Source of the DNA: Candidatus Binatus sp.
GTDB taxonomy: Bacteria > Desulfobacterota > Binatia > Binatales > Binataceae
Direction of reading: 5' to 3'
DNA: 64,000 nt
Assembly: GCF_050013435.1 (NCBI RefSeq)
Contig: NZ_JBEKFG010000010.1
Span: forward strand, 8,316 to 72,315
A model generated the notes under the pieces. The model did not search any database. It saw nothing but the letters and a program-made list of their open reading frames with translations, and was not told the origin of the DNA. The stretch's first letter is position 1. Every line of letters begins with the position of its first letter. Both the position numbers and the translations under genes were made by a program. This document shows positions 28,855-37,999 of the stretch, in pieces.

Positions 28855-29592
28855 GTGGGGGTTCGGAAAACAATCGTCGCGGCCGCGCTGTCGCTCGCAA
28901 TAATGGGCGCGACTGCGGCACAGGCGCAGCCGGGCCCGGCGGACGGGCGCTCGCGCGCGGACAATGATCGTTTGTTCCACGCCGCGGCCGAGCTCTACAG
29001 CCTCGATCCCGCGCTGCTGGCCGCGATTGCGAGCGTCGAGTCGGGCGGCAATTCAAATGCGGTCTCGCCCAAAGGCGCCCAGGGCCTGATGCAGCTGATG
29101 CCGGCGACGGCGAATCGCTTTGGGGTGCTTGACCCGTTCGATCCGGTCAGCAACACGCTCGGCGCCGTGCGGTTTATCAGTTATCTGCGCCAGTATCGCA
29201 ACGACGGCGGCGCGGGGGCGACTTTGAGCCTGCCCGAGATGCTCGCGGCCTACAACGCGGGCGAGGGCGCAGTCGACAAGTACGGCGGAATCCCGCCCTA
29301 TCCGGAGACCCAGCACTATGTGCGCAAGGTGCTGGTCGCGTATCTGTTCGGCGACAGCCGAAGCCCGCTCGCCGCACGCTTGGGCGCAGGCACGGCACCA
29401 GCAATCGATCCGGCGCCGCGACACATTGGTCCCAGGCGGGCAGTCGGCCATGCGCAGCCGGTCCTGATGCACCAGAAAAATCCGCCGGCAGATTTGATCG
29501 ACCGGCTCACCGAGATCCAGCACCTGCGACAACTCGAGCTGGACCGTCAACAGACCGCCAGCCGCATCGGTGAACCTGATGGCCCTCGTTAG
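28855..29592 (+). CDS. Lytic transglycosylase (SLT domain)
   Basis: Signal peptide, catalytic AIASVESGGNSNAVSPKGAQGLMQLMPATANRFG, and AYNAGEGAVDKYGGIPPYPETQHYV. Confidence 0.85.
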   Translation: MGVRKTIVAAALSLAIMGATAAQAQPGPADGRSRADNDRLFHAAAELYSLDPALLAAIASVESGGNSNAVSPKGAQGLMQLMPATANRFGVLDPFDPVSNTLGAVRFISYLRQYRNDGGAGATLSLPEMLAAYNAGEGAVDKYGGIPPYPETQHYVRKVLVAYLFGDSRSPLAARLGAGTAPAIDPAPRHIGPRRAVGHAQPVLMHQKNPPADLIDRLTEIQHLRQLELDRQQTASRIGEPDGPR

Positions 29593-31255
29593 CACCGCAC
29601 GATCCGCGCACCGCACAAACTTCGCGCTCATGCTGGCGGCGCTCGCGATCGCGTGGTTCGCCCGCCCGGCATTCGCTTCGACATACGCGGCTTACGTTCC
29701 GCTCGACAGCTCGATCTACGACGAGCTCGATACGTTGAACGATCTCGGATTCGCGGACAGCTACATTTCGGAAATCCAGCCCATCACGCGCGTCGAGGCC
29801 GCGCGCATCGCGGTCGAAGCCGAGTCCAAGCTGTCCGAAATGCAGGATCAGAGCGAACTCGCACGCAGTTGCATCAACGCACTGCGGCTCCAGTTGCCCG
29901 ACGAAGTGCAATGGATCGAGCAGGACCACGAAGACAACCTGCCCACGATGTTCCATCCGGTCGAGCGCGTCGAGGGCCAGTACGTTATGTCGCAGGGCAA
30001 GCGCGATCAGATCGAGACCGGCAAGAGTGGACTCGACTACCAGGAAGGAACCCCGCTGCTGCCGAACAACGACAACCTCCCAACCAGCCAGGGGAGCAAT
30101 GAAGTACTGCGGTGGTCGGGATGGACCGGGATTGGCGGCTTCATCACCGGCTACGGCGAAGGCGCGCTGGCGGGTCCGCTGAGCGACAGTCCGAGCCAGG
30201 CAAGCCGGGCGCAACTGTTGACGGGTGCGGTCGTGGTGAGTCTCGGCAACACGGCTATCTCCTTCGGGCAGGAGGAGATGTCATGGGGGGTCGGGCACTA
30301 CAACCAACTTTCGCAGTCCAATAACGCTGCTCCGTTCCCGGCCTTGCGCATCCAGAATATTCATCCGGGCCATCTGCCCGGCATTCTGCGTTACCTGGGG
30401 CTGTATCGGTATCAGGCGTTCCTGGGTCAGCTCAACGCGGATCGAACGTTCGCGCGGCCGTGGCTCTCCGGCCAGGTGATTACCTTCAAAACACTGCCGT
30501 ACCTGGAATGGGGCCTCGATCACGTGATCATGTTCGGGGGCAGCGGCAACGACAATTACAGTCCGCTGCAATTCGTCGGTGACCTGACCGGTCTTTCGAC
30601 GGGAAATTCAGCGGGTGCCAACACCAACACGCGCTTCGGTGTCTTCGCCAAGGTGCGCATCCCGCAGTTGCGCAATACGCAGATTTATGGCGAGGAACTG
30701 GCCGAAGACTTTTTCCTGCCGTTCGGCAAGAGCATCGACTTCAAGCTCCCGTTCAAGGGACCGTCGTACGTTGCCGGAATCTATGTTCCGCAGGTCACGC
30801 TCGACGGGCGCACCACGGCGCGATTCGAATACACACTGACCGACAAAGAGTATTCGGTCCACAACGACTCGCTGTACTGGTCTTACCAGAACGCCCTGAT
30901 GGGCAGTTCGCTGGGGCCGGGCGCGTGGCAGGTCGATTTCGAGATCGATCGATGGCTCAATTTCCAGTCGCGCATCGGCGTGGACGCTTTCTATACTCGT
31001 CGTGCGGCCGACATCGCGGCGGCGACCTTCGATCCGCTTGGACGTAATACCGAGACTGGTTACGGCGTCGCTTTTGACTTGCTCCACCTGCCACTGGAAA
31101 TCAACCCGCTGGCGAATTCGCTCGGCGAGATGAAGGCGCGGGCGGGAATCGAATACGTGAGCGATATCAACTATTCCAACGAGAGCTCTATCCGCGCCCT
31201 TTTCCAGCTCAGTTTCGCGTTAACGCCCTCCTGGGGCGGCCTGGTCTGGCGCTAA
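29570..31255 (+). CDS. Wzi-like capsule-assembly outer-membrane protein
   Basis: Signal peptide ...AWFARPAFA. The N-terminal helical motif PLDSSIYDELDTLNDLGFADSYISEIQPITRVEAARI resembles the Wzi N-terminus, and a long beta-rich region follows. The start could instead be the ATG at 29579. Confidence 0.55.
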   Translation: MNLMALVSTARSAHRTNFALMLAALAIAWFARPAFASTYAAYVPLDSSIYDELDTLNDLGFADSYISEIQPITRVEAARIAVEAESKLSEMQDQSELARSCINALRLQLPDEVQWIEQDHEDNLPTMFHPVERVEGQYVMSQGKRDQIETGKSGLDYQEGTPLLPNNDNLPTSQGSNEVLRWSGWTGIGGFITGYGEGALAGPLSDSPSQASRAQLLTGAVVVSLGNTAISFGQEEMSWGVGHYNQLSQSNNAAPFPALRIQNIHPGHLPGILRYLGLYRYQAFLGQLNADRTFARPWLSGQVITFKTLPYLEWGLDHVIMFGGSGNDNYSPLQFVGDLTGLSTGNSAGANTNTRFGVFAKVRIPQLRNTQIYGEELAEDFFLPFGKSIDFKLPFKGPSYVAGIYVPQVTLDGRTTARFEYTLTDKEYSVHNDSLYWSYQNALMGSSLGPGAWQVDFEIDRWLNFQSRIGVDAFYTRRAADIAAATFDPLGRNTETGYGVAFDLLHLPLEINPLANSLGEMKARAGIEYVSDINYSNESSIRALFQLSFALTPSWGGLVWR

Positions 31256-31282
31256 ACAGAAACGTCAGTCTCCGGCAAATTT

Positions 31283-32338
31283 ATGGATCCTTCGGGAATC
31301 AACAGGCATTCGACTTCGTCCGCGGGCGCATCCGCTTCCGCTGCCGGCGCGCCCCGTGATCTCACCGAGGCGCAATATGCGATGCTGGAGCTGCTCCATT
31401 ACGGCGGCCTGCTGCGTGCGCGATGGATCCTGATTGTAACCCTGACCATCGGCATCGGTCTGGGCTACGGCTTGTACATAAAATACATGACCGTGAAGTG
31501 GTATCGCGCGCAGGCCATCGTCACTCCGGTGCAGCCCGAAGAGGGTCTCTCAATGGGGACAGGAACCACCGGTGACATGGTTGATGGATTGGGAGGGGGA
31601 ATCGCCTCGCTGCTCGGCGGCGGCGCCTCCGACACGATAATGCTGGCCGAGCGCTATACGGCGATCATGAACAGCTATGCGTTCACGACCGACCTGGTCA
31701 ATAAGTATCATCTCGAGCACACCATCATCGGCGTCCAAAGCAAGAGTGCTCCGACCGTGACGAAGTGGTCGATCCATATGAAGATTGCGGATCGATTCAG
31801 CACCGAATACGACTTCAAGAGCGGCAACCTGACCCTGTACTTCCTGGATCCGTCGCCTGCCGAAGCGCAGCGCGTGCTCGGATTTTACCTCGACAGCCTG
31901 CGCGACAAGCTGCGCAACGAGGAAGTGCAAGCGGGAGCCAGCGCGGCCGCTTCGCTGGAGGAGGAGGTCCGCAAAACTTCCGACGCGCTTTTGCAGACTC
32001 AACTCTACGAGCTGATGGCGCGGCAGATTCAGCGCGAGAAACTCGCGCAGGTGCAATCCGACTTCGCGTTCAAGGTCATCGAACCTCCGGTCGTGCCCGA
32101 CAATTATTACTCGCCCCAGGCGCGCCAGAAGGCGACGCTGGCCGCCTCGATCACCTTCGCGCTCATCTGCACATGGATTCTCGGGTCGGATTTCATCCGC
32201 CGCGCCAAAGCGCAGCTCGAAGGCCTGAATCAAGTGACCGACGAGCCCGCATCGACGCTTGACGACCCGTCGCCTCGCCCCGACGATAGCGAGACATTGC
32301 ATCCCCGCTTTGTCCGCAATCTTCGCCCCAAGGTTTGA
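31283..32338 (+). CDS. Polysaccharide co-polymerase / chain-length determinant (Wzz-like, no kinase domain)
   Basis: TM helix WILIVTLTIGIGLGYGLYI followed by WYRAQAIVTPV, a coiled-coil-rich periplasmic region, and a second TM (ATLAASITFALICTWILG) near the C-terminus. Confidence 0.6.
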   Translation: MDPSGINRHSTSSAGASASAAGAPRDLTEAQYAMLELLHYGGLLRARWILIVTLTIGIGLGYGLYIKYMTVKWYRAQAIVTPVQPEEGLSMGTGTTGDMVDGLGGGIASLLGGGASDTIMLAERYTAIMNSYAFTTDLVNKYHLEHTIIGVQSKSAPTVTKWSIHMKIADRFSTEYDFKSGNLTLYFLDPSPAEAQRVLGFYLDSLRDKLRNEEVQAGASAAASLEEEVRKTSDALLQTQLYELMARQIQREKLAQVQSDFAFKVIEPPVVPDNYYSPQARQKATLAASITFALICTWILGSDFIRRAKAQLEGLNQVTDEPASTLDDPSPRPDDSETLHPRFVRNLRPKV

Positions 32339-32460
32339 CGCCGCATCGCGGCTCACGATCGGTTCGCGGCCCCGCGGGATTTCCTCCTACTTTAGTTGAC
32401 AACTTCAGGCGGACGCATCCAACTCGCAATGCCGCCAGCTATGCACTCGGCACGCATTCG

Positions 32461-33552
32461 ATGATTCTGGGCGTTTTCACAGGTCTCACCGAGCACGGCG
32501 GTATCCAGCGTTATGGACGCCACGCCGCCGCGGTTATCGCGACGTTGGCGCGCAGCCGCGGCGAGGATTATCGGTTCATGGGCCTGAACGACTCCGTGGG
32601 CCAGCATGAAATCGAGGCCGCCGGCGCCAGCTTTCCCGTCACCGGATTTGCGCGCAACAAGCTCGCGATGACTCGCGCCGTGATGGCGCGCGCGCGCGGG
32701 GTTTGGCTCGCTTATTTCAATCATCCGAATCTGGCGCCGCTGGGACTGGTGATACGCGCGCTCAATCCGGCGGCGCGCTACATCGTCAGCACCCATGGCA
32801 CGGAGGTCTGGGAGCCGCTGCCGCGCGTGCGCGCCCTTGGGCTTAGATGCGCGGATCGGGTCACAGCGACGGCAGAGTTCAACGCGGCCAAGGTGGTGGC
32901 GCTCCAGCGTGTCGGGCGGGAAAGGATCGCGATCGTCCCGTGCGCCCTCGACCCGGAATTCGCGCCTCCGAAAGGCGTCGCGTCACCGCGGCCGCATCCG
33001 GGCGAGCCGCCCATTGTGCTGACCGTGTCGCGCCTGATGAGCGCCGAGCACGGCGAATACAAGGGCATCGACACGGTGATCGAGGCGCTCCCCGAGGTCC
33101 TGGCGGCGTTTCCCGGCGTTCGCTACGTGGTAGTCGGCGACGGCGATGATCGTCCCCGTCTCGAGCAGCTCGCGCACCGCTGCGGAGTGGATCAGCACGT
33201 GACATTCGCCGGCTCGGTGGACGCCGCCGCGCTGCGCGCATTCTACGCGGCGTGCGAAATTTTCGTGATGCCAAGCAGGACGGAAGGCTTCGGCATCGTC
33301 TTCCTGGAAGCGATGGCGCTCGGAATCCCGGTGGTCGGCGGCAATCATGGTGGAACGCCCGAAGTCTGGGCGGACGGAACGGCGGGTTTCCTGGTTGACC
33401 ACGGCGACGCCCACGCGCTGGCCGGCCGCTTGAGGCTTTTGCTGGGCGATGCCGATCTGCGGGCGCGGATGGGCGCCGCGGGACGCGCGCTGGTCGCGAC
33501 CAACTTCAGCTTCGATCGCTTCCGGCAGAACTTCGGGGCGCTGCTGGTCTGA
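32461..33552 (+). CDS. GT4-family glycosyltransferase (GT-B)
   Basis: MILGVFTGLTEHGGIQRY... and the C-terminal E-x7-E region VMPSRTEGFGIVFLEAMALGIPVVGGNHGGTPE. I chose the ATG at 32461. Confidence 0.85.
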   Translation: MILGVFTGLTEHGGIQRYGRHAAAVIATLARSRGEDYRFMGLNDSVGQHEIEAAGASFPVTGFARNKLAMTRAVMARARGVWLAYFNHPNLAPLGLVIRALNPAARYIVSTHGTEVWEPLPRVRALGLRCADRVTATAEFNAAKVVALQRVGRERIAIVPCALDPEFAPPKGVASPRPHPGEPPIVLTVSRLMSAEHGEYKGIDTVIEALPEVLAAFPGVRYVVVGDGDDRPRLEQLAHRCGVDQHVTFAGSVDAAALRAFYAACEIFVMPSRTEGFGIVFLEAMALGIPVVGGNHGGTPEVWADGTAGFLVDHGDAHALAGRLRLLLGDADLRARMGAAGRALVATNFSFDRFRQNFGALLV

Positions 33553-34781
33553 TGCCGCGCGGCCGGCGGCATCCCGCGATGAAAGCGCCGTACCGCGTTG
33601 CGTGCCTGGTCAGCCATCCGATCCAGTACCAGGCGCCGCTGTTCCGCTATCTGGCGGCGCGTCCGGGCATTGAACTGACGGTTTTTTTCCTGAGCGATTT
33701 CTCGATCCGCGCCTATCGCGATTCGGGCTTTGGCGTGAGCGTGAAATGGGATGTGCCGCTGCTCGACGGCTACCGCCACGATTTTCTGCCGCATCTGGGT
33801 TCGGGAAGCGGACTTTCCTTCTGGCGGCCGTGGACGTTCGGGATGCGCACGCGGCTTCGACGCGGGCGATTCGACGCGTTGTGGGTCCACGGCTACGCGC
33901 ATCGCGGATGTATCGCGGGAATCGCGGCGGCGAAGTCCCTGGGCATCCCGGTAATGCTGCGCGGCGAGTCCAATCTGCTCAGCGAGACCGATGACGCGCT
34001 GAAGCTGCGCCTCAAGCGTATCGCGATGCCGGCGCTGCTGCGGACGATTGACGCGTGGCTGGCGATCGGGCGCCTCAATCGCGAATACTATCTTCATTAC
34101 GGCGTCGAAGCCGGCCGAATTTTTTCGATGCCTTACGCGGTGGACAACGAATTTTTTCGCGCCGCGGCGGATCAAGCGCGGCCGCGCCGCGAACGGCTGC
34201 GCGCCGAGCTTGGATTGCATCCGGGGCGCGCGGTGATTCTGTTCGCTTCGAAGATGCAGCCGCACAAGCGCGCCGGCGACCTGCTCGAGGCATACGCGCG
34301 AATGTCGCCCGACGGAGCCGCCGAGCCCGCGGCCTGCCTGGTCTTCGCCGGCGACGGCGAGGAGCGAGCCAAGCTCGAACGCCGCGCGCGCGCGCTGAAG
34401 TGGAACTCGATCCGCTTCATCGGCTTCAGGAACCAATCCGAACTTCCCGCCTTGTACGATCTATCCGACGTATTCGTGCTGCCCTCCGAGCACGAGCCGT
34501 GGGGGCTGGTGATCAACGAAGTAATGAACGCGGGCACGCCGGTCGTCGTGAGCGATCGCGTCGGCGCGGGGCCGGATTTGGTCGAGGACGGCGTCAATGG
34601 ATTCGTGTATCCGGCGCGCGACGTCGCGGCGCTCGCAAATCGGCTGCATCGGATGATCGACAACCCCGAGGATCGCGCCGCGATGGGCGCGCGCGCTCTC
34701 GAAAAAGTTGCGCATCTTGGCTTCGACGCGGACCGAGACGGCTTGCTGTCCGCGCTCGATTCGATTGTCGGGAAGGGGTGA
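33552..34781 (+). CDS. GT4-family glycosyltransferase (GT-B)
   Basis: VLPSEHEPWGLVINEVMNAGTPVVVSDRVGAGPDLVEDGVNGFV. The start overlaps the previous stop by one base (ctGATGc: TGA 33550-33552, ATG 33552-33554). Confidence 0.85.
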   Translation: MPRGRRHPAMKAPYRVACLVSHPIQYQAPLFRYLAARPGIELTVFFLSDFSIRAYRDSGFGVSVKWDVPLLDGYRHDFLPHLGSGSGLSFWRPWTFGMRTRLRRGRFDALWVHGYAHRGCIAGIAAAKSLGIPVMLRGESNLLSETDDALKLRLKRIAMPALLRTIDAWLAIGRLNREYYLHYGVEAGRIFSMPYAVDNEFFRAAADQARPRRERLRAELGLHPGRAVILFASKMQPHKRAGDLLEAYARMSPDGAAEPAACLVFAGDGEERAKLERRARALKWNSIRFIGFRNQSELPALYDLSDVFVLPSEHEPWGLVINEVMNAGTPVVVSDRVGAGPDLVEDGVNGFVYPARDVAALANRLHRMIDNPEDRAAMGARALEKVAHLGFDADRDGLLSALDSIVGKG

Positions 34782-34870
34782 CCCCTTCACCCAGTGTTAA
34801 GGCCGCGCTCCGTTGTCGCGCGCGGCCCCTGCCAACGGCTAAATGCTGCGCTGCCGTCGCCACGAGCAGG
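34778..34870. repeat. Composite intergenic repeat element, partial copy C
   Basis: ggggtgaccccttcacccagtgttaagg parallels aggggtgacccctgcacccggtgttaaga at 18909-18937, and ...gagccctgcc... motifs lie further on. Confidence 0.5.
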
Positions 34871-34955
34871 TCTGAGCCCTGCCAGGACCGGGTAAGGGGA
34901 GCAGTGGTGGGATTGTCGGAGCGATGAAGGACGCTGTTAGAGTTTCCCGGATGCC

Positions 34956-35960
34956 ATGATTCGCGGCCGGACCAAATGCCCGCTCGATCCGTTCCTGGTC
35001 GCGAATCTGGTCTGCCCGCGCGATCACATCGACCTCGACGCGGCCGGCGACGTGCTCGCTTGCGCCCAGCAGCATCGCTATCGCGTGGTTGGCGATATCC
35101 CGGTGATGTTGCTGGACGACGTGCCGCAGACGCTCGGCGTCGCATCCGATTCGCTGCGCGCCGTCAGCGACGATGCTGAACCGCCAACCGCATCAGCTGC
35201 GCCGCCGCCGGCTATCGGGGTTGACCCTTACGTGCAGAGCGCGATCGCCGCGACGGGAGGATATTTGTACGCGGGGCTAATCGGATCGCTCACCGAGTAT
35301 CCAATCCCCGAGATGCGCCTGCCGCGCGCCACCGGACCCGGCCAGTACCTCCTGGATATCGGATCGAACTGGGGCCGCTGGTGTATCGCGGCGTCGCGAC
35401 TCGGTTACGAACCGGTTGGAATTGATCCCGGTCTCGCGTCGCTTCAGGCAGCTTCACGAGTCGCCAGGCAACTCGGCGCAAAGGTGCGCTTCGTCGTAGG
35501 CGACGCGCGCTATCTGCCGTTTCACGATTCAGTTTTCAGCGTCGCGTTTTCGTACAGCGTATTGCAGCACTTCGCAAAGCCGGACGCCGTGCGCGCATTC
35601 GGCGAGGCCGGCCGCGTGCTGATGCCGGGCGGGCGCGCGTTGATCCAGATGGCGAATGTTTACGGCTTGCGCTGCCTCTACCATCAGGCGCGACGCCGCT
35701 TTCGCGAACCCGCCGGGTTCCAGGTTCGCTATTGGACACCGCGCGAACTGCGCCTGGCCGCATCGCGGGCGATCGGGCCGGCTACGATTTCAGTCGATGG
35801 CTACTTCAGCCTCAATCCGCAGCATTCCGACCTGCGCATCCTGCCTGCGCGATATCGCCTGATCGTGCGTGCGTCCGATGCGTTGCGCGCCGCCAGCGAG
35901 CGTGTGCCGGCGATGCTCCAGTTTGCCGACAGTATCTACCTGAGCGCTTTGAGGCCGTGA
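34956..35960 (+). CDS. Class I SAM-dependent methyltransferase with a Trm112-like N-terminal module
   Basis: N-terminus LVCPRDHIDLD...GDIPVML, then LLDIGSNWGRWCIAASRLGYEPVGIDP...VFSVAFSYSVLQH...LMPGGRALIQ. Confidence 0.8.
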   Translation: MIRGRTKCPLDPFLVANLVCPRDHIDLDAAGDVLACAQQHRYRVVGDIPVMLLDDVPQTLGVASDSLRAVSDDAEPPTASAAPPPAIGVDPYVQSAIAATGGYLYAGLIGSLTEYPIPEMRLPRATGPGQYLLDIGSNWGRWCIAASRLGYEPVGIDPGLASLQAASRVARQLGAKVRFVVGDARYLPFHDSVFSVAFSYSVLQHFAKPDAVRAFGEAGRVLMPGGRALIQMANVYGLRCLYHQARRRFREPAGFQVRYWTPRELRLAASRAIGPATISVDGYFSLNPQHSDLRILPARYRLIVRASDALRAASERVPAMLQFADSIYLSALRP

Positions 35961-35978
35961 AAGGAGAAATTAATTAAA

Positions 35979-36230
35979 TGCGGAACCCACCATGGGTTCC
36001 GCACCTCCTTGGGCAGGGCTGAGCCCTGCACCGCAGTGAGAAGACGTGAGAATCTGCGCAGCGCATCTTTTCGCGACTACGCAATGGAAGAACGGCAGGC
36101 GTGCGGGCTTCGCCCTGTTAGAAGAGGTTAAGGGGAAGCTTGGTTGCTCTTTTTTTGTGTCATTCTAGAGCGAAGCGAAGAATCCCGGATCCGGGTTCCT
36201 TCGCTACGCTCAGGATGACGGAAAAGAGAA
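35979..36230. repeat. Composite intergenic repeat element, copy D (includes the palindrome at 36159-36219)
   Basis: Hairpin gcggaaccca-cca-tgggttccgc (35979-36001), the shared motifs listed for copy A, then gtcattctagagcgaagcgaagaatcccgg/ccgggttccttcgctacgctcaggatgac. Confidence 0.7.
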
Positions 36231-36325
36231 ATGGGAGAGGAATTTGGAATTTGGACCCGCACCCGACGCTCGACGACTCGCGTCGGCCTCGCCCTGTCAG
36301 GGCGGTGCCACGGGCACGCGGCAAA

Positions 36326-36613
36326 GGAAAAGATCCGGGATTCTTCGCTGCGCAGACTCCGCTCTGAATGACAGAAAAGGAAGGAACCGGGATTCTTCGC
36401 TTCGCAGACTCCGCTCTAGAATGACAGAAAAGGAAGGATCCGGAATTCTTCGCTACGCAGACTCCGCTCTGAATGACAGAAAAGGAAAGATCCGGGATTC
36501 TTCGCTTCGCAGACTCCGCTCTGAATGACAGAAAAGGAAGGAACCGGGATTCTTCCCCTTCGGCAGCGCTCAGGGCTTCGGCTCAATCACAGCGACTTTC
36601 GCTCTAGAATGAC
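36326..36613. repeat. Tandem array of a 52-53 bp unit (about 4 full, 1 partial and 1 expanded copy)
   Basis: gaatgac recurs at 36366, 36419, 36471, 36523 and 36607. The unit is gaatgacagaaaaggaagga.ccgggattcttcgct.cgcagactccgctct. Each unit is the right half of the gtcat...gaatgac palindrome. Confidence 0.85.
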
Positions 36614-36643
36614 ACGGGCTGCCGTTCGCTTTTTTCCGTTATC

Positions 36644-37999
36644 GTGAGCGCAATGAAAACTTTGCACCTTCCGTTCTGCTTCTACCCTGATCCGGTTGGT
36701 GGCACCGAGATATACGTCGAATCGCTGGCTACGTGCCTGCGTAAGCTGAACGTTGAGGCGGAAATCGCGGTTCCGGCGCCTGATCAGCGTTCATATCGAT
36801 ACAATGACCTGACGGTGCATCGATTCGCGACCGGTACTCCGAGCTTGGCCGATTTATATGGCCTTGGGGATCCGGTTGCGGCACAGTCGTTTGCAAAGGT
36901 CCTTGAGTCTTGCGCACCCGATGTCGTACACCTGCATTCCTGGACCGCCGGGGTGTCAATCCGGGTATTGCGCATCGCCAAAGCCGCGGGTATCCCGGTC
37001 GTGTTCACCTATCATACGCCCACTGTCAGTTGCGTCCGCGGAACCCTGTTGCGCTGGGGAATCGAGCAATGCGATGGCGACCTGGAGTCATCGCCATGCG
37101 CCGCTTGCATGCTTCACGGCAAAGGACTTAGCCGCCCACTCAGCATTGCATTAGCCAGTCTGCCGGTCGCGATAGGCGAACGGATCGGCAAGCTCGGGCT
37201 GGAAGGAAGACTGATGACGGCGGTGCGCGCGTCGGAACTTATACATCTGCGCAAAGACGCGCTAACGGGTCTGTTCGACGAAGCTGACGCATTAGTCGCG
37301 GTGTGCAACTGGGTTTACGATTTGATGCTGCGAAATGGCGTGGACAAGTCGAAGCTGACAATCTCGCATCATGCATTGCGCAACTCGCCGCAACTGAACT
37401 ATCCAGGCGAACCGCGAAGGGCTGGTGACGATATCCGCATTGCCTTCCTGGGCAGGCTGGCGCGCGAGAAGGGTATCGATATTCTGCTCGCGGCGATGCG
37501 GCGAATCAGCAGCCCCCGGCTCAAGCTCGATATATTCGGCATCGCAAATGACAGCGAAGCGCAGTCCGTCAAGCAAACAGTGGTGGACGCAGCCGATCAG
37601 CGCATCCGGCTGCTCCCGCCCTTTGCCAACGTGAATGCGATATCCGAACTTCGCGGATACGATTGTCTCGCCGTCCCCTCGCAATGGTTGGAGACCGGTC
37701 CGCTGGTAGTGCTGGAGGCATTCGCCGCGGGTATTCCGGTCATTGGTTCCAACCTGGGTGGAATCGCGGAACTTGTGGAGCACGAGAAAAACGGGTTGCT
37801 GGTCGAGCCTGCTTCAATCGAGGCCTGGGTCGCGGCGTTGAATCGATTGCTAACGGAACCCGGGCTGCTGCCCCGGCTTCGACTTGGGATCCCGAAGAGT
37901 CGAACGATGGAGCAAGTCGCCGGCGAGATGTTAACCGTGTACCGCAAGCTCGCGCCCACGGTTGCGCCGTTGGCCAGCCTGGAGAATCGCCCGCAATGA
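36644..37999 (+). CDS. GT4-family glycosyltransferase (GT-B)
   Basis: MKTLHLPFCFYPDPVGGTEIYVESL..., C-terminal AVPSQWLETGPLVVLEAFAAGIPVIGSNLGGIAELVEHEKNGLL. GTG at 36644, or ATG at 36653. It ends ...ENRPQ with an ATGA overlap into the next gene. Confidence 0.85.
   Translation: MSAMKTLHLPFCFYPDPVGGTEIYVESLATCLRKLNVEAEIAVPAPDQRSYRYNDLTVHRFATGTPSLADLYGLGDPVAAQSFAKVLESCAPDVVHLHSWTAGVSIRVLRIAKAAGIPVVFTYHTPTVSCVRGTLLRWGIEQCDGDLESSPCAACMLHGKGLSRPLSIALASLPVAIGERIGKLGLEGRLMTAVRASELIHLRKDALTGLFDEADALVAVCNWVYDLMLRNGVDKSKLTISHHALRNSPQLNYPGEPRRAGDDIRIAFLGRLAREKGIDILLAAMRRISSPRLKLDIFGIANDSEAQSVKQTVVDAADQRIRLLPPFANVNAISELRGYDCLAVPSQWLETGPLVVLEAFAAGIPVIGSNLGGIAELVEHEKNGLLVEPASIEAWVAALNRLLTEPGLLPRLRLGIPKSRTMEQVAGEMLTVYRKLAPTVAPLASLENRPQ

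Noticed and set aside
26552-29056. 834 aa minus-strand ORF, the longest antisense ORF in the window
   Set aside because: It lies entirely antisense to the Wza-like and SLT genes, both of which have strong domain signatures. Its composition (R/A/G/H-rich, no hydrophobic core patterns) is that of a GC-driven open frame.
36140-36640. Possible CRISPR array (regularly spaced repeats), and ORFs 36140..36367 and 36244..36528
   Set aside because: The 52-bp units abut each other with no unique spacers, and each unit is a half-palindrome of the neighbouring REP-like element. No cas genes are present. The ORFs are translations of the repeats themselves.
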